In this document: piece by piece, positions 24,722 through 38,769 of the stretch
How positions within the stretch are numbered: position 1 is the stretch's first letter
How the letters are laid out: each line of letters starts with the position of its first letter
Assembly: GCA_951406725.2 (NCBI GenBank)
Contig: OX597814.1
Coordinates: 69,502,001 to 69,566,000 of the forward strand
Direction: 5' to 3'
Length of the DNA stretch: 64,000 bases
Origin: Octopus vulgaris
Taxonomy: Eukaryota
Notes under the pieces: model-generated
Database searches by the model: none
What the model saw: only the letters and a program-made list of their open reading frames with translations
Told to the model about the DNA's origin: nothing
Translations under genes and position numbers: made by a program

Positions 24722-25830
24722 TCATCATCATCATCATTGTTTAACATCCACCTTCCATGATGGCATGGATGGGACAGTTTGACAAGAGCCAGCCAGGCAG
24801 AAGCCTGCACCAGATTTCTGTAACTGTCTTGGCAGGATTTTTTATAGCTGGATGCCCTTCCTATCACCAACTACTCAATAGAGTGGACTTAGTGCTTTTT
24901 ACATGGCACAAGCATAGGCGGTCAGTTTTGGCAAGGTTTTTACAGCTAGATGCCCTTCCAAATGCCAACCACTTTACAGTGTGGACTGGATGCTTTTAAG
25001 TGGTACCTGCAGGGTCACCAAGTACTTGCAAAACAAAGCAAAAAACTCTTTTGAGAGGGGAGGGGGCATTGGAGGAGGTGATCTTTTGTTGGAGGATAAA
25101 AGGTCATAGTGAGACAGAGAGGCAGAAACAGGTGTCTTGTTGTTGAAGAGGTACAAGGTTACTCAGTTGGAGAGACAAAGATCAGAAATGAAGACAGAAA
25201 CAGGTGCGCTGCCACAAAGGAAATACATGGTTACCCAACTTGAGGGAAGGAGAGAGAGAGAGGGAGACAGCAGGATAGAGATGGTGGCAAAGTGCTGGGC
25301 ATACTAACAAGGAATGGGGATCAGGATATAAATGGGATGGTTGAGTAAAGGAAGAGAGAGATATAGTGGTGGCAAGTAACAGGGCATACCCTTGAGGTTC
25401 AAATGCCATAATATAAGTGGTAGAATATTGCAAAGGAAGCATGATTAATGAGTGTGGAGGTGGGAGTGAGCAGTGAAAACCTGGGTATATATAGAGTTGG
25501 TGGTGGGGGGCTACAGAGGAAGAGGGCTGTGAGGGCAGGATTGGGGAGTGAGAGCTAGGCATAATGTATGAAGGAGGAAATGTGAGGAAGAGAAGAGATG
25601 TAGATTGGTTTGTTGGGGTAGGGTGTGTGAAAAGTTCTCTTGTTACATGTGAGTGGAACCTAAAAATCCGGGGGGGGGGGGGGCTAGCAGATAGCAATGA
25701 TACAGTGAGACAGGGAATGTGGGTGGAACACACTGGTCAGGTGTTAGCGGAGAGCAATGATACTGTGACACAGGGCCAAGAGGAGTGGGAGATAAGCCTA
25801 GAGCATGAAGTGGAAATGTGAGGAAGAGAA
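24722..25830 (-). mobile_element. RTE-associated non-coding 3' remnant (CT-rich body plus GAT tail)
   Basis: Shares tggatgcccttcc..ccaac and the catcatcat tail with 13102-13240; the body is similar to 60880-61140 and 7040-7770. Confidence 0.6.
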
Positions 25831-26279
25831 GAGTTTATAATTGGGATAGTATTAGTACTTTTCCTGATTTGGCAATTTGTATTTTTCTGACTTATTATTT
25901 CATAAATTTGAACCTTTTTGTAATTTTAATGATATCTGATATATCTCTAACTATAATTTAGATAAATTTAAACCCATCAAAGTTTGTACTATGCATGAAT
26001 ACAATTTAATTAAGATTCATTAATTTAGCACCCATAATCCTGCTAGAATCTGATTTTGATATATTCCCAAACTTCAAAATTTGGAATTTTTAAGACTTTA
26101 TATAGTTAGAATTTGTAATTTTGGTAAAATTAAGAAAATAACTTCAGAAAATTCTGATTAAAAGATAACATAGATAAATATGAGAATCTAATCAAAAATA
26201 TGATTAATAATCACTTAAATATATGGTACTATAATAACACTTTTACAGAAATATGCAAACAAAATGGAAGCAGATTTAC

Positions 26280-26418
26280 CTGTTTTGAGAGAAGTTCCTT
26301 ACAAAGGCTATATAATGTTATGAACTTTCTTGCTAAAAGGCGTGCATCAAGGAAACCTTCAGCTACTAACATGATTTCACAAATCAGTTCAAAATCTGGC
26401 ACCACCATAGCACAAGGT
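26280..26418 (-). CDS. DNAH9/DNAH17-like: Dynein heavy chain exon D
   Basis: ttttag|(R)[46 protein letters not shown]|gtaaat. 139 nt, phase-compatible. Confidence 0.96.
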
Positions 26419-26589
26419 CTAAAATTATAAGATTTTCCCAATGAAATATATTTAAGCATTTTTATGCATAAAAACTTAGAAATTAGAAACACAAATAATA
26501 TAATGTTATATTTATTTAGCTGTATGTACCACCACCATCATTATACATGTATTTCTATGCATATCTAATTTATGTAATTAAACATAGAC

Positions 26590-29500
26590 AGATATACGTG
26601 TATAATTGCTGACTACCCACCAAGTGATTAAAAGTGGACTGACGCATTGCCTTAAAATAAAGAACTGTGAGCAGTTGGAAGTAAGCTGTTCACTGTGAGC
26701 CATTGATTGAGAGCATTGAGTCTTGTGTAATAATAATCATATTGCGTCATATAAATACTTTCTTTCCCCACTGCTTCATTAAATTATATATCCAACACCA
26801 AGATATTAAAGTAATAATGAGTTGTTCAAAGCTTGTGTTAGACATCTGCAGTCTTATTGGCCTCCCTGGTGCAGTTACAACAGCAACAACAACAACAGCA
26901 ACTACAACAACAAAGCCAACAATTGCTGGAAGAAGAATGTTGAAGTCTGAAAATACCTCAGGTTCATGCCCGCCAGACAACGTAGCAAACTCAGTTGAAG
27001 AATTCAGAAGGGATTACCTTCTCAGCATATTTTTGAAGATAGGAAGAAATCTTCAAAGAAGAATGTAAAACTTGGTCTGACAAGAAAAAAGAACAACTAC
27101 TTTTAAGAAAGTTATTCCCTGCTGAACACAAAAATATAGTAACTATATTCTGCTGAAGAAATCAGGTAAGATCTGTTTTGATGAAACAATATTTTATTGA
27201 AAATTTTCATTGAAAGAAGTTCCCAGTTCAATACTCGCTAACAATGTTTAAATTTGATCAAAAAGAAGTTTTCGTCATCTATGCTGGAGATGTGTGAAAA
27301 TTTCAAATTAAATGAAAGAACCCCGGACATGTTCAAATGTCTAATTTTTGTTCAAGGGCTTACTGCAAGCAAAGATGTAGATATACATTCCCGGATATTA
27401 ACAAAATTAGAACGGGACTAAAAATTAACTCTACAGGTAGTAATAGAGGAATGCCAAAATATTATAAATCTAAGACATGACACAGATAAAATTGAAGAAA
27501 AAGATTGCTCTCATATTCTTGCATGTTAACCAGTAATGGATAAGAAAAAAGAAAAAATGTCAAGACCAAAGCTATGTTATGGGTGCGGTTGTCTACATTT
27601 TAAAAGTAACTGTCCACTTCAAGTGTGGTAAGATAGGTCATAAAAAATCACACTGTAAAACAAAACCTAAAAAATGGTTCAACAGAAAAATAACGTAAAT
27701 GGGTTATCGGTGACAAGAAATATGAACGAGCCCCAAGGAAATTTGTGTATGTAAAAATTAATAACACAAATGTAAAGTTACAACTGGACATGAGCAGTGA
27801 TATCTTGATACACAGATTTAATATTTTAAGATTTTCTCTCAAGTTCTCTCTGTACACAAAAACAAAGACGAAGTTTCAAGTAAAATAAAACATGATACCA
27901 GTATTTAAACCAAAACAAACTGTATCATTTGTAGCTTTAGAACAGATAAAGAGTTATTGAGACCTGAAAAAACTGGAGTTATCTAAAAAGTGGAATATAA
28001 TCAATGGACATTACCAACTGTGTATGTTAAGAAAAAGAATAATAAAATCAGAGTATGTGCTGATTTTTCCACTGGTTTAAATGAATGTCTTAAAGCATTC
28101 CACTCTCCACTACCTACTATGGAGGATATATTTGTGAAATTAAACAGTGGCAAGATATTTTCTAAATTCGATCTCTCTGAAGCATACCTACAAATCAGAG
28201 AAGATGATGAATGCTCTAAATACCTAACAATTAACACACATAAAGAACTATATAAATACAACAGGTTACCATTTGGCTTAAAGGTTGCACCAGCAAGTTT
28301 TCAGCAGATTAAGGATGCAATGTTAGTGGACTGTGAATTTGCAATTCCATATCTAGATGATATACTCATTAAAAGCAAATCCAGGAATGAAGACATAGAA
28401 TGTGTTTGAAAAAATTAGGGATTTTGGCTTTACTTTGAGTGAAGGAAAGTGTGAATTTTCTTACTGGAAATAAAATATTTAGGACAAATCATTGACAGAA
28501 ATGGACATTAACTAGATCCATTGAGGGCAGATACAATTAAAAATACGCCCCCTCCAACAAGCATTTTTGGGACTGGCAAATTATTACCAAAATTATATTC
28601 CAAATATAAGAGTTCCAGTAAATAATCTATTAAAAAGTGGAATTGGTCTGAAAATTGTCTGAAGGCATTTGTCATTAGCACACTTCAATCCTGCAGCTGA
28701 GATTGTTGTAGCTTCAGATGCCTCTGAGTATGGTATAGAAGAAGTAATGCCACATAAATATAAACATGGTAACATGAAGGCAGTGGTTCATGCCTCATGT
28801 TCTCTGATATCTCAGCAGAGAAAAATTACAGCCAAATTGAAAAAGAGGCTTTTGCCGTAAAAAAATTTCATAAATTTTTCCATAGTAGAAGTTTTTGACT
28901 ACAGACTAATCCTTGTCTGTTATAATTGATATATGGGTTGAAGAAAGGAATTCCTTCCCATACTGCTAATAGGTTGCAGTGCTGGGGTACTATATTATTA
29001 AACTATGACTTTAAGATGGTGTATACACCATCTAAGAAATAAGGACATGCTGATTGTTTATCAAGACTGATTTCAGAAAATACTGAATCATTTGAAGATG
29101 CTGTGATTGCTGCTTTGTGAGCAGAAAATGAAATTAAAAATGTTTTGTGTAATGTCATACATGAACTGTCTGTCACATTACAAGACCATAAAATTAAAAT
29201 CGAAGAGATAAAAATATGCATAACACAAATTTGAACTCATTCTTAATGTGTGACAATGTGTTGATGTATGCACAAAGAGTCATAGTGCCAGCCACACTAC
29301 AAAAGCAATTACTGAAGGAATTTCACATTGGTCATCCAGGGATTTTGAGAATGAAATCATTAATGAGAAGTTATGTATATTGGCCAACAATGGATCATGA
29401 CATTGAAAAATGTGTGAAAACATGCAGAGAGTGTGCTCTAGCTGCAAACACACCTACCACTAAATGGCAACCATGCCCAAAAACAGATATTCCATGGGCC

Positions 29501-30540
29501 AGACTGCATATTGATTATGCAGGTGCACTTAAGGGTTCATATTACCTCGTTGTAGTGGACAGTTTTTCAAAGTGGCATAAAGTGCATAAGTGTAAAAAGC
29601 TGACATTTGCAGTTATAATAAGTTTTTTACACGCATTGTTTGCCAGAGATGGTGTTCCTGATATTATTGTGTTTGATAATGGAACTCAATTTACTTCAAA
29701 TGAGTTCACAAAATTTTGTAAAATGTTTGTCATCGGACAGGTCACCACTCCGCCATATCATCCTAGGCTAAACAGACAAGAGGAGCATTTGGTTGACACT
29801 TTTAAGAAGGCGTTGAAAAAGGTGAACAATGATGTAATGGATGACCTTGCACTTCAACAATTTCTAAGGGTGTAGTGAGTAACATTTAATCTGAATACCC
29901 CATCTGGAATGTCACCCACAGAATTTATGTTTGCTAGAAAGATCAGATCCATTTTTGATAAGTTTATTGAATCATTCATTTGGTTTTCATTGTGCCTTGT
30001 GGCACTTGAGGTGACAGCAAGATCATTCCACCTTCTAACACTGACAGCATCCTTGATAGTTTGTTCCATTGTTAACCCTCTGCTTTTAAGATCTTTCATT
30101 ATTGTTCTCTGTCATGTTTCCTTTGGTTGCCCATATCTTCTTTTACCTTATGGAACCCATTGTGAAGCAATTCTGACCAACTTAACCCGGCCATTGATAC
30201 TGAGTGAAAATAGACAAACAACAAAAATACTTCAAAATTCTTCAAGTCTGATGACAAAGTTTTTTTTAAAACATATAGATATGGTAAAGAAAGCTGGGAG
30301 GAAGGTACAATTATGAAACAAATTGGTAAAAGGAAAAAAATGTCAAACATAAAAGACATATTAAAAAAAGATTCACAGAAAAAACAGTCATGAGAAATGA
30401 AACCCCCATGGAAGTATTATATGACACATTTGAGGTAACAACACACAAACAATTTGAAACTATATGTTCCAGCACCAGGAAGCAGAAAAGAACAGAAATA
30501 TTGGAATTTAACCTTAAGTGTAAGAGATATTAAAACTCTG
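26590..30540 (+). mobile_element. Decayed Ty3/Gypsy (Mag-like) LTR retrotransposon
   Basis: Poly-Q gag start, CYGCG knuckle, LQLDMSSD protease, RT (IRVCADFSTGLN, YNRLPFGLK, PYLDDILI), RNase H (VASDASEYGI), integrase (HIGHPG, RLHIDYAG, FDNGTQFTS, TPPYHP). No clear 3' LTR. Confidence 0.9.
29968..30195 (-). mobile_element. Short RTE-type LINE 3' end inserted in the Gypsy integrase
   Basis: WVP.GKRRYGQPKETW.R..MKDLK...RRWNDL with an (ATGA)n tail. It interrupts the Gypsy frame between IRSIFDK and SENRQTT. Confidence 0.6.
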
Positions 30541-30549
30541 ATCAGAGTT

Positions 30550-31476
30550 TAATTCTCAAACTTTTCATCAGTTTTTCCGGGCATTTGATCTTATTAGCGT
30601 TTCATAACTGCTTCAGCAATTTGGCATAGTACTTTCCACAGACGGTGTGGCCCTTGTGATAATAGTCAATAAACACAATAACTTTTGCATCCCCAAAAAA
30701 CTGAGGTCATCACCCTCCCTGCAGATGAAACAATCTTGGCCTTCTTTGGAGCAAGTGAGGAGAGATGTTTCTACAGCCTGGATTGCTTCTTTATCTCTAG
30801 AGCAAAGTGATGAACCCAACACTCATTCTGGCTCAGGAAATATTCAAGGAAGCCAGCTGCATCTGACTCAAACAATGTCAGATTTTCCTATGATGTGATC
30901 AGCCTGGTGCACTTTTGTTCAGATGTCAGAAGATGTAGCACCTACTAAGCAAAAATGTTCAACATGCCAAGTTCATTGTGCAGAATGTTTTCAACCCTCT
31001 CACTAGTTATGTTAATAGCACTGGCTATTTGATTTATAGTCAAATTGCTTGTCATCCATCATCATGTGAAAATGATCAACATTTTCCTCAGCGGTAGTAG
31101 TTGCAAGATGTCCAGACCTTGGGTCATCTTCAAGACTCTTCCTTTCCCTCCTCAATTCAACTGCCTACTTTTGCACTGTTGATAAAGCTGGAGTATCATC
31201 CCCTAATGTAGCAACCATATCAACATGAATATTCTTGGGGGCTAAATCCTTTTTCTGCAGGTATTTGATAATACCATGATGCCAAATTTTGTTGATTTTC
31301 AAAAGTACTTACTACAAGTTACTTTTGAAGTCTTCTTTGAACAGTCAGATGTCACTTTATCGGGAAAGAAACAATTTAGTTATTAACAAGAATTGAAATG
31401 AATGTATGCAAGATTTCACAAGTGTAACATCACTCCTTCATAGTCAGTCTATGAACTTTTCAAACCCACTCTCATA
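30550..31476 (-). mobile_element. Mariner remnant
   Basis: Minus strand IKYLQKK...LEDDPRSGHL...ENILHNELGM.. and a TIR-like end gaacttttcaaacccactctcata at 31453-31476. Confidence 0.7.
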
Positions 31477-31889
31477 TTAAGTCTACAACAACTTTCTTTG
31501 CAAAAGCAAAATTTAAATGTTTTGTGAATAATGCTTGTTAGTCTTAACCAGAGTACTTTGTTCAGTTGCAAAAATTGATGGTAAAAGGCCTAGACCATAA
31601 ATTAGAAAATGCTGAAAGCCATTGTGTTGCACCTATGAAATGAACATCAACCTTGCAAGTAGTTTCACATTACATTTAGTGTCACTGTCTTCCCTTTAAC
31701 TTTTGTTGTATTTTTCTTCAAATGTTGTAAGATTCTGGTGTTTGTTTGAGTCAAAGAGGGTATCTCTTTTATGTTGTAGACAATTGTCTTAAATAAGGAT
31801 GAATTGAAGTGCTAGTTATGGAGGAACTTCTTTGAGTAACGGTTTGGCTGATCATGGATAACCTGGAGCTAAACAACAGCACATGTAAC

Positions 31890-32725
31890 TGAGGTTTTAC
31901 AGAGTACACATGGCCACACTGCTGGCAGTGTGCACCAAGGGAGAACAGAAATCAGTAATCCAATTTTTCTACTCTAAAGGTGTGTCAGGGGCAAAAATTC
32001 CTCACAGGTTTACAGTACAATACAGGGACAGTGGATCAAGTTTTAAAATGGCCAGACAAGCCTGAAGCATGAAGAGGGAGCAGGATACCCATTAAACTCC
32101 ACCACCGATTGTAAAGAATCCACAGGCTTGAGAGATGGTTCCGGTGAACTGAAAAGTGACCATTGATGAGGTGGTATGTTCTCTGCAAATTAGTCATAAG
32201 AAATAATGCTTGACAAGTTTTGCTTCCGTATAGTCTGTATGAAGTGCATAAGCATAATCATGTCAATGCTTATTTGACCACTACAATGATGAAGGTGAAG
32301 CTTTTTTAGGTAGAAAAGTCACAAAAGATGAGACATGATCCATCACTTTGCCAGATCCATGAGGCAAAGTGATGGAAATTCAAGACTTAACCTTCTGCAG
32401 AGAAACTTATGTTAACTATTTTTGGATTCAAACTGGAACATTACCTGGAAAAGCAGTCTACATTCACCAGCGTAGGCTACAGTGAAATGCTGGCCAACAA
32501 ACTGAAACCTGTAATTTGCACCAAATGCTGGGGTCTATGCATGCCTACATACAGCTGCCTACACCACTGAAACCATTGAAAAACTGGGTTTTGAGTTGCT
32601 GAAATATACCAGATATAGTCTAGATTTCACCCATTCCAACTATTACCTCTGTGGGCCACTCAAACATCCTTTATGAGGTCATTGATTTGCCACAGATGAA
32701 GAAGTAAATAAATGGCTGTGTGAAG
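31890..32725 (+). mobile_element. Mariner remnant
   Basis: CTKGEQKSVIQF, VTKDET and YSLDFTHSNYYLCGPLK (YSPDLAPSDYHLF-like). Confidence 0.65.
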
Positions 32726-32789
32726 CCATTGTTGAGAGCTGTCCAACCATGTACAGAGATGTTGTATATAAAAGTTAATGAGTAGAATT

Positions 32790-34240
32790 TAGTGTGTAGG
32801 GTTCAAATAGCAGCCCCCTCCCATTATAGTTCTCCATGCTATAACAGAGAAGTTTAAGGCTAGTTGCTTGTGGTAACTCAACGCCAATGATCTTGCTCTG
32901 ACAGCTGAAGTGGTATCAGAAATAGAAAAGAAATTCCAGGAATAGAAGCAAGGCCTGAAGTCAAAGGGCCTTAAAGTTAACTCCCAAGTTCTAGTAAGCA
33001 AAGAAAAATATTATATGCCTATCTCTTCAGGAAAATGACTCTGTTTGATATGAAGAAAAGGTGTAGGTAGAAATTCTATATGGTGTACTCAGTGCAGACT
33101 ATGGATATATAAGAGGTGCAGTAGAATTAGAGAAAAGTTAACAGAGGAAGTACAATTTGTTTGAAGTAGATATGCAAGAATAATAAGTAACAAGAGCACA
33201 TGGGAAATTGATGTTCTGGAAGTAGCAGATAGTTTGTTACCTAAATGGCTGAATTAGCAGTGGAGGAGGATGTTTTGGAAGTATAGTCGCTAGAGAAAGC
33301 TCAGAGGACTTTTACTTCTGTTGTTAACAAAAGATTTTTCGGATCTTTTCACTTTCCCCGGCAGATTTAAAAAATAATTTCTTGTATGTCATATGTCATA
33401 AATAACAGTGACAATCGAAATATACACTGCCGGAAGTTGTTGTTGACAAACAACAGCAGTTATTGTATTTACCTCAATAGATGTCATTGATTGGTTTAAA
33501 TTGCTGAAATACAAGAAATTTAACAACAAATAGCTTACAAACTACAAAATTTTCTCAAGAACTCCAAGAGAAAAAGATGTTTTATGTGACACATTCTACC
33601 AGTATACAAAGTTTAAAAGTGTTTAGTTACAAAAAATTATTTTTTAAATTTACAAACTACAGAATTTTCTCAAGAACACCAAGAGAAAAAGATGTTTTAT
33701 GTGACACATTCTACCAGTATATGAAGTTTAAGCGTTTAGTTACAAAAAATTATTTTTTAAATCTGCCGGTCAAAGTGAAAAGATCTGATTTTTCTCTTTC
33801 TTTCTTTCTCTCTCTCTCTCTCTGTGAAAGGCAGATTTTATGATGCCTGTGTATGAATAGCAATGCTACATGGCTGTGAAACTTCAACTGTGAATGGAGA
33901 GGATATGCAAAGACTAGAAAGAAATGGACCTAGCATACTTCGATAGTTGTGCAACTTCAGTGTGCGTGTACAACAAATTACAAATATACTGGCAGAAAAA
34001 TTGGGAATAAGAGGCACCAGATGTGGTGTGTAGGAGAGAAGATTGTGCTGATATGGTCATGTGATGCAAATGGACAAGGACAGCACTATAAAGAAGTACT
34101 GACAGTGGAAGTAGCCTGTGGAAGAAGGAAACCCAGGAAGATGTGGTATGAAGTGGTGAAGACTGACCTCAGGACATTGAGCCTTTCAGAAATAACAGGG
34201 AATTGAGATGAAAGGCAATATACTATGCTTGAGAAGACCC
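32790..34240 (+). mobile_element. Decayed RTE LINE 3' half, interrupted by a MITE
   Basis: VLHAITEKFK, NDLALTAE, RKGVGRNSIWCTQCRLW, KGRFYDACV, GRRKPRKMWYEVVK. Confidence 0.8.
33341..33786. mobile_element. MITE with roughly 45-bp TIRs and an 8-bp TSD (Merlin-like termini)
   Basis: ggatcttttcactttccccggcagatttaaaaaataattt / aaattattttttaaatctgccggtcaaagtgaaaagatct. GATTTTTC is duplicated at 33333-33340 and 33787-33794; internal roughly 115-bp tandem duplication. Confidence 0.85.
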
Positions 34241-34780
34241 ATCCATCTCAGCAGAATTAAGTTCAGTCAGGCCTTCCCTCACAACTCATCCTCCTATGCC
34301 CATTCTTCCATCAATCTTCTGTGTTACCCTATTTCCTTCCTTCATTTACCCTCTGCTGAACTAATATTCTTTGCAACCATCTCATTCCCTATCTCTAATT
34401 GTCTGTCACACCATTCTTATTCAGCATACTTACCTACACATCCATCTTTTCTGCTCCTATATCTTATTCTGTCTCTCATATTCCTTTTGTATCTTGATCT
34501 CACATCTCTCTCTCTCTCTCTGTTTCTCTTGATGGGCTAAACATTTATTCGCCTCTTCAGTATGGCATCAGCTCCTGTCTTTCTATCCTAGTTTCTTATT
34601 GCTCAATTCTATACCCTACTAAGTTGAGGGTTCTTGTTTTGCGGATACTTGGTGACTTCACATAAAAAGCACCTAGCTGTAGAAACTATATGAAAGCAGA
34701 CATTAGAATTTGCTGCAGCTTTCAGCTCCTGTTGACTCATCCAACCCAAACCATAATGGAAAGAGATGTTAAAATGGTGA

Positions 34781-34842
<62 letters not shown>

Positions 34843-34924
34843 AATTGCAGCATGGAAGGTGTTTATAAGCCATTTAAGAAACACACAAAAATCATTAGAT
34901 TCACTTCAACATTTAAATTTAATT

Positions 34925-34971
34925 TGTCAAAATATTTTCGTCGCTTTGAGCCAGTGACCTGTTCAGTGACA
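34925..34971 (-). ncRNA. Hammerhead-like motif with a variant core
   Basis: Minus strand UGUCA-CUGAACA-GGUCAC..GCGAC-GAAA-AUAU-UU^UGACA. Palindromic AUAU; G8 is replaced by C. Confidence 0.55.
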
Positions 34972-34985
34972 ACATTCCGTGCAGC

Positions 34986-35540
34986 ATGGAATTCTCTAGT
35001 AATAATTTTGGAGTTGGTTATTCTACCACTAATAATGTAGGTAATATTATTTCTTCTTTTAACAAATTTAAGTTGAATAATTTTTATAAAACGAAATTTT
35101 ATAATCATACCAATAATAATAAAGACAATGTACTCATAGATTGTACATGCAGAGATAAAAGTAATTGTAAATTTAATAACAAATGTAATTTACATGATGT
35201 TGTTTATAAATGTATCGTCACTTTAATTAATGAGAATAATAGGAATAATAATAATAACTTAAATGCTATCTATATAGGGTCTACTTCCTCTAAAATTAAA
35301 TTAAGAGTAGCTCAGCATATGCATTCCTCTAAGAATAGAAATCTTATGAACTCTACTGAGCTTAGCAAATAAATATGGGAACTTAAAGTGGGAGATAATT
35401 TGTAAGGCAAAATCATATAGTATAGGAAGTAATTCCTGTTTTTTTTTATGTTCTAGTGAATTTAAAGAAATATTATTTAATAATCGTAATAAATTAGTTA
35501 ACTGGATGAGCGTAAAATTAAATGTAGACACAAATTACTT
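34986..35540 (+). mobile_element. PLE 3' end: Cys-rich linker plus GIY-YIG endonuclease
   Basis: DCTCRDKSNCKFNNKC..VVYKC...IYIGSTSSKIKLRVAQH...STELSK.IWELK...YSIGSNSC. Confidence 0.8.
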
Positions 35541-37378
35541 TATTTATATAATAAATTTTTAGATAAATAGCGACTATATTTAAACCCTATTTTTGTTTCT
35601 AATTTGTAGTTATATTTTGTACATGTATTATATATTGTATATTACATAATTTAATATGTCTAAATTAATATTTATTATTAAATAAATAATTAGATAAATT
35701 AATTAATTATAGTAGTGTTGTGATTGCACTTCTGTAGATAGTTTGAATATAAGTCAATAAGAGTTAGTAAAGGTTTTTTAAATACTTAGGGTTAGATTAT
35801 ACTTAGATGTTTATTTAATTACTAAATATATGATTTATTTAATGAATATAGATTAAAAGGTAGTTATTTCACTTTTTTTGTTATTGTTGTGGTTGATATT
35901 GTTATTATTATTATGCTTGGTATATGTCTACTGAAATTAATAGTATTAAGTATATATATATTTTGGTAATATTTTTAGTAACATTAAATAAATAATTTTG
36001 AATATCTAGTAAAAAATTTTTTCTTTAGGTACAAACTTATTATATAAATAAAGTGATTTATATTTGGAGCGGGTGCTTCGCTTATTGGTTAAATGAATAA
36101 AGTACATATCATTATAAATAGATAATATGTGCTTTGTTTATTCAATTGATGGGCAAAGTGTTTGATCTGGGTATGGGTTGCTTTACTTATATAAGTTTAA
36201 TTTATTATTTTAGCATTTGTTTTGAATATTAATATGATATATAATATATATTTGTTATAAATGACAGTTAAGCTTATAGATTGAAATAAATTTTTTTATA
36301 TATTAATCAAAATGTATTTATATTATATATTTCGAATTAGATTTATTTAGATGTTTATTTAATTAATTAATATTATTTATTAATGAATATTAATTACATT
36401 ATAGTTTTTGAATTAACTTAAGTTTATTAATTAGAAGTTCTAATATAGATACTGATTGAATTAGTACTGAGTTAATATAGAATGTGTCTAAAAGTTGTTT
36501 TGTTTAAATAAAGATTTGGCTCCAACGTAACCATATTTATATATATGAAATAAATTAATTTGTATAAGATTATTAGAGAATATTCAGTAAATAGTAGTTA
36601 TATAGATTATTTTAATTTATAGAGTTTTGAGTATAATTTATCGTAGTTAATTCTAAATTTTAGTTTTATAGTGAAAGTTATTATAGTGTATAGTGATTCT
36701 ATTCTCTATTAGTGACTTTATTCTCTTTATCTATTAAAGCTAAAATATATCCGTAGATTTCATTGATAAAATGTATATTTCCATCTGTTTGTTCTATTTC
36801 TGTTAATAACGTAATCTCACAAATTTTTATGTTTTCTGTTTTTAAATATTTTAGTTAATGACACGCTTTTTGAGAGTTTATTATTAGTTCATAATTATTA
36901 AATGTGAACATAAATTTTAAGATATTAGTTAGTCACTTTGCGATATAGATTGTAAAAATTGTTTTTGATAATAGTAATAATAAGTATTTCATAAAGATAG
37001 GTTATAAGTTTTTAATTTGAATTTTTCAATTCTTAAATTGTATTTCATAAATATTTTCTATAGATACCTATAATATTTATGTAAGTAATAATGGACTAAT
37101 ATATTTTTGGTTATAAGTTTATGCTTATTGATAGATAAAATTTAGATTTTTAATTACTATGTTTGTTGATTATAATTTAGATACTTATTTATATGTATTT
37201 ATTATTTTATAATTATTATATGCAAACTAAAATCTAAAAATATTAATAGTGATTATTTTGTTAAATAATTTGGTAATTAAATATTGTAGTATAACTGGGT
37301 TAGAGATATTCTATAGTTTATTAAAATATGTGCAAGTCAATTTGTAGACAGAAGCTAACAAGTGTGTGAGTGAGATAA

Positions 37379-37410
<32 letters not shown>

Positions 37411-37627
37411 AGAAACAGACAGAGATTAAAGAGAAGAACCATTACGGAGGGTGAAAGAGAATATGTGTAAGCAAGAGAAACAGAGAATGAGAAAAAGCAT
37501 GGGAGCTCTGGGGAAAATGTTATAGTGCATGACCATCCTTGGCACATAAGTAATGTGTGTAAAGTTTGGTGAAAATTGGTTGAAAACTGTAGAAATGCAT
37601 ATGTAATACACACACAGACATCCTTTG

Positions 37628-37745
<118 letters not shown>

Positions 37746-38399
37746 CTCACTCAAAATTATCCAGAATGAGATTAAAGATGAGTTTAAAATTCATTTTTTC
37801 AAACTTATCCAAGTTGAGATCTTCACGAATATTATCAAAATGAAACACTTTCAAGCTCATTCTACAGATAAAATCATTAGTCCGATGAATGAGACACATG
37901 TACTGATCCATGCTAGCAACAGGTATGTCCTTTAGAGAAATTCTAGCTTCATCTTTTCCATTGTATAAGTTGATTTACTAGAAGCATTGATAAAAATTAA
38001 GTTGGATGTTAAAAGAATTAGTTATGAGGATTCAATAGAATCTCGGTGAGTGGATTCAAGAGCACTATTCCTTTTAATTTTCCGTCTTTCAAGCAGCATT
38101 ATGATAGCAACTTTATTCAGGCATGGAATAGTAGTTAATATTCTTTAATATCATCTTTTGAAAGCACATTATAGCATGCTTTCAAAAGCTTCTCTCTGGG
38201 TATTAGCTACCATATGATATATAGCAGGAATTTTCCTTTTATTGGTTATACAAGTGGAAATCCATTAATATCCACAGAATTCAACCAAGGGAATTTTAAT
38301 ACAAGAAGATTGAATGAACAGGCTTTAATCCAAATCACAGCAATTGTTTCTGTGCATTAGTATCAGCTGGTAATTGCTGAGTCTTTCACATATTATTCA

Positions 38400-38610
38400 C
38401 ATTATTGCATTAGATAAAAACAACAGACAACACATCAGACAAAAAGAATTACACAAGTTTCTACTGAGTAAACAACTAGAAATATGTAGAGACAACAAAT
38501 TCAAGAACTTCTCCTCCTCCAAATGCTCAAGGGATGACACTAAGTACCAGAAGATAATGGAACTGCATTTTATCAAAAAATTCTTACCTAAACTAAACAT
38601 ATATTAAAAA
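38400..38610 (+). mobile_element. PLE GIY-YIG C-terminal remnant
   Basis: RQHIRQKEL...SKQLEIC...MELHFIKKFLPKLN parallels the endonuclease at 59613-59903. Confidence 0.5.
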
Positions 38611-38769
38611 AATCATGTAACTAGATTCTGAAAAATTGAGCAGTATTTATACCAAAGATATTATAGGTGGACACACACTGAAACTGGACAAGTTATGGAC
38701 ATTATTTTGTACAGTTAAATCGTACAGGTACTGTATCTAATTAACTTTTGCAGAAAATATGGTTGGAGT

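Noticed and set aside
35540-37310. Possible mitochondrial control-region insertion (numt)
   Set aside because: No recognisable mitochondrial tRNA, rRNA or protein sequence, and it directly continues a PLE ORF. It cannot be fully excluded without BLAST.
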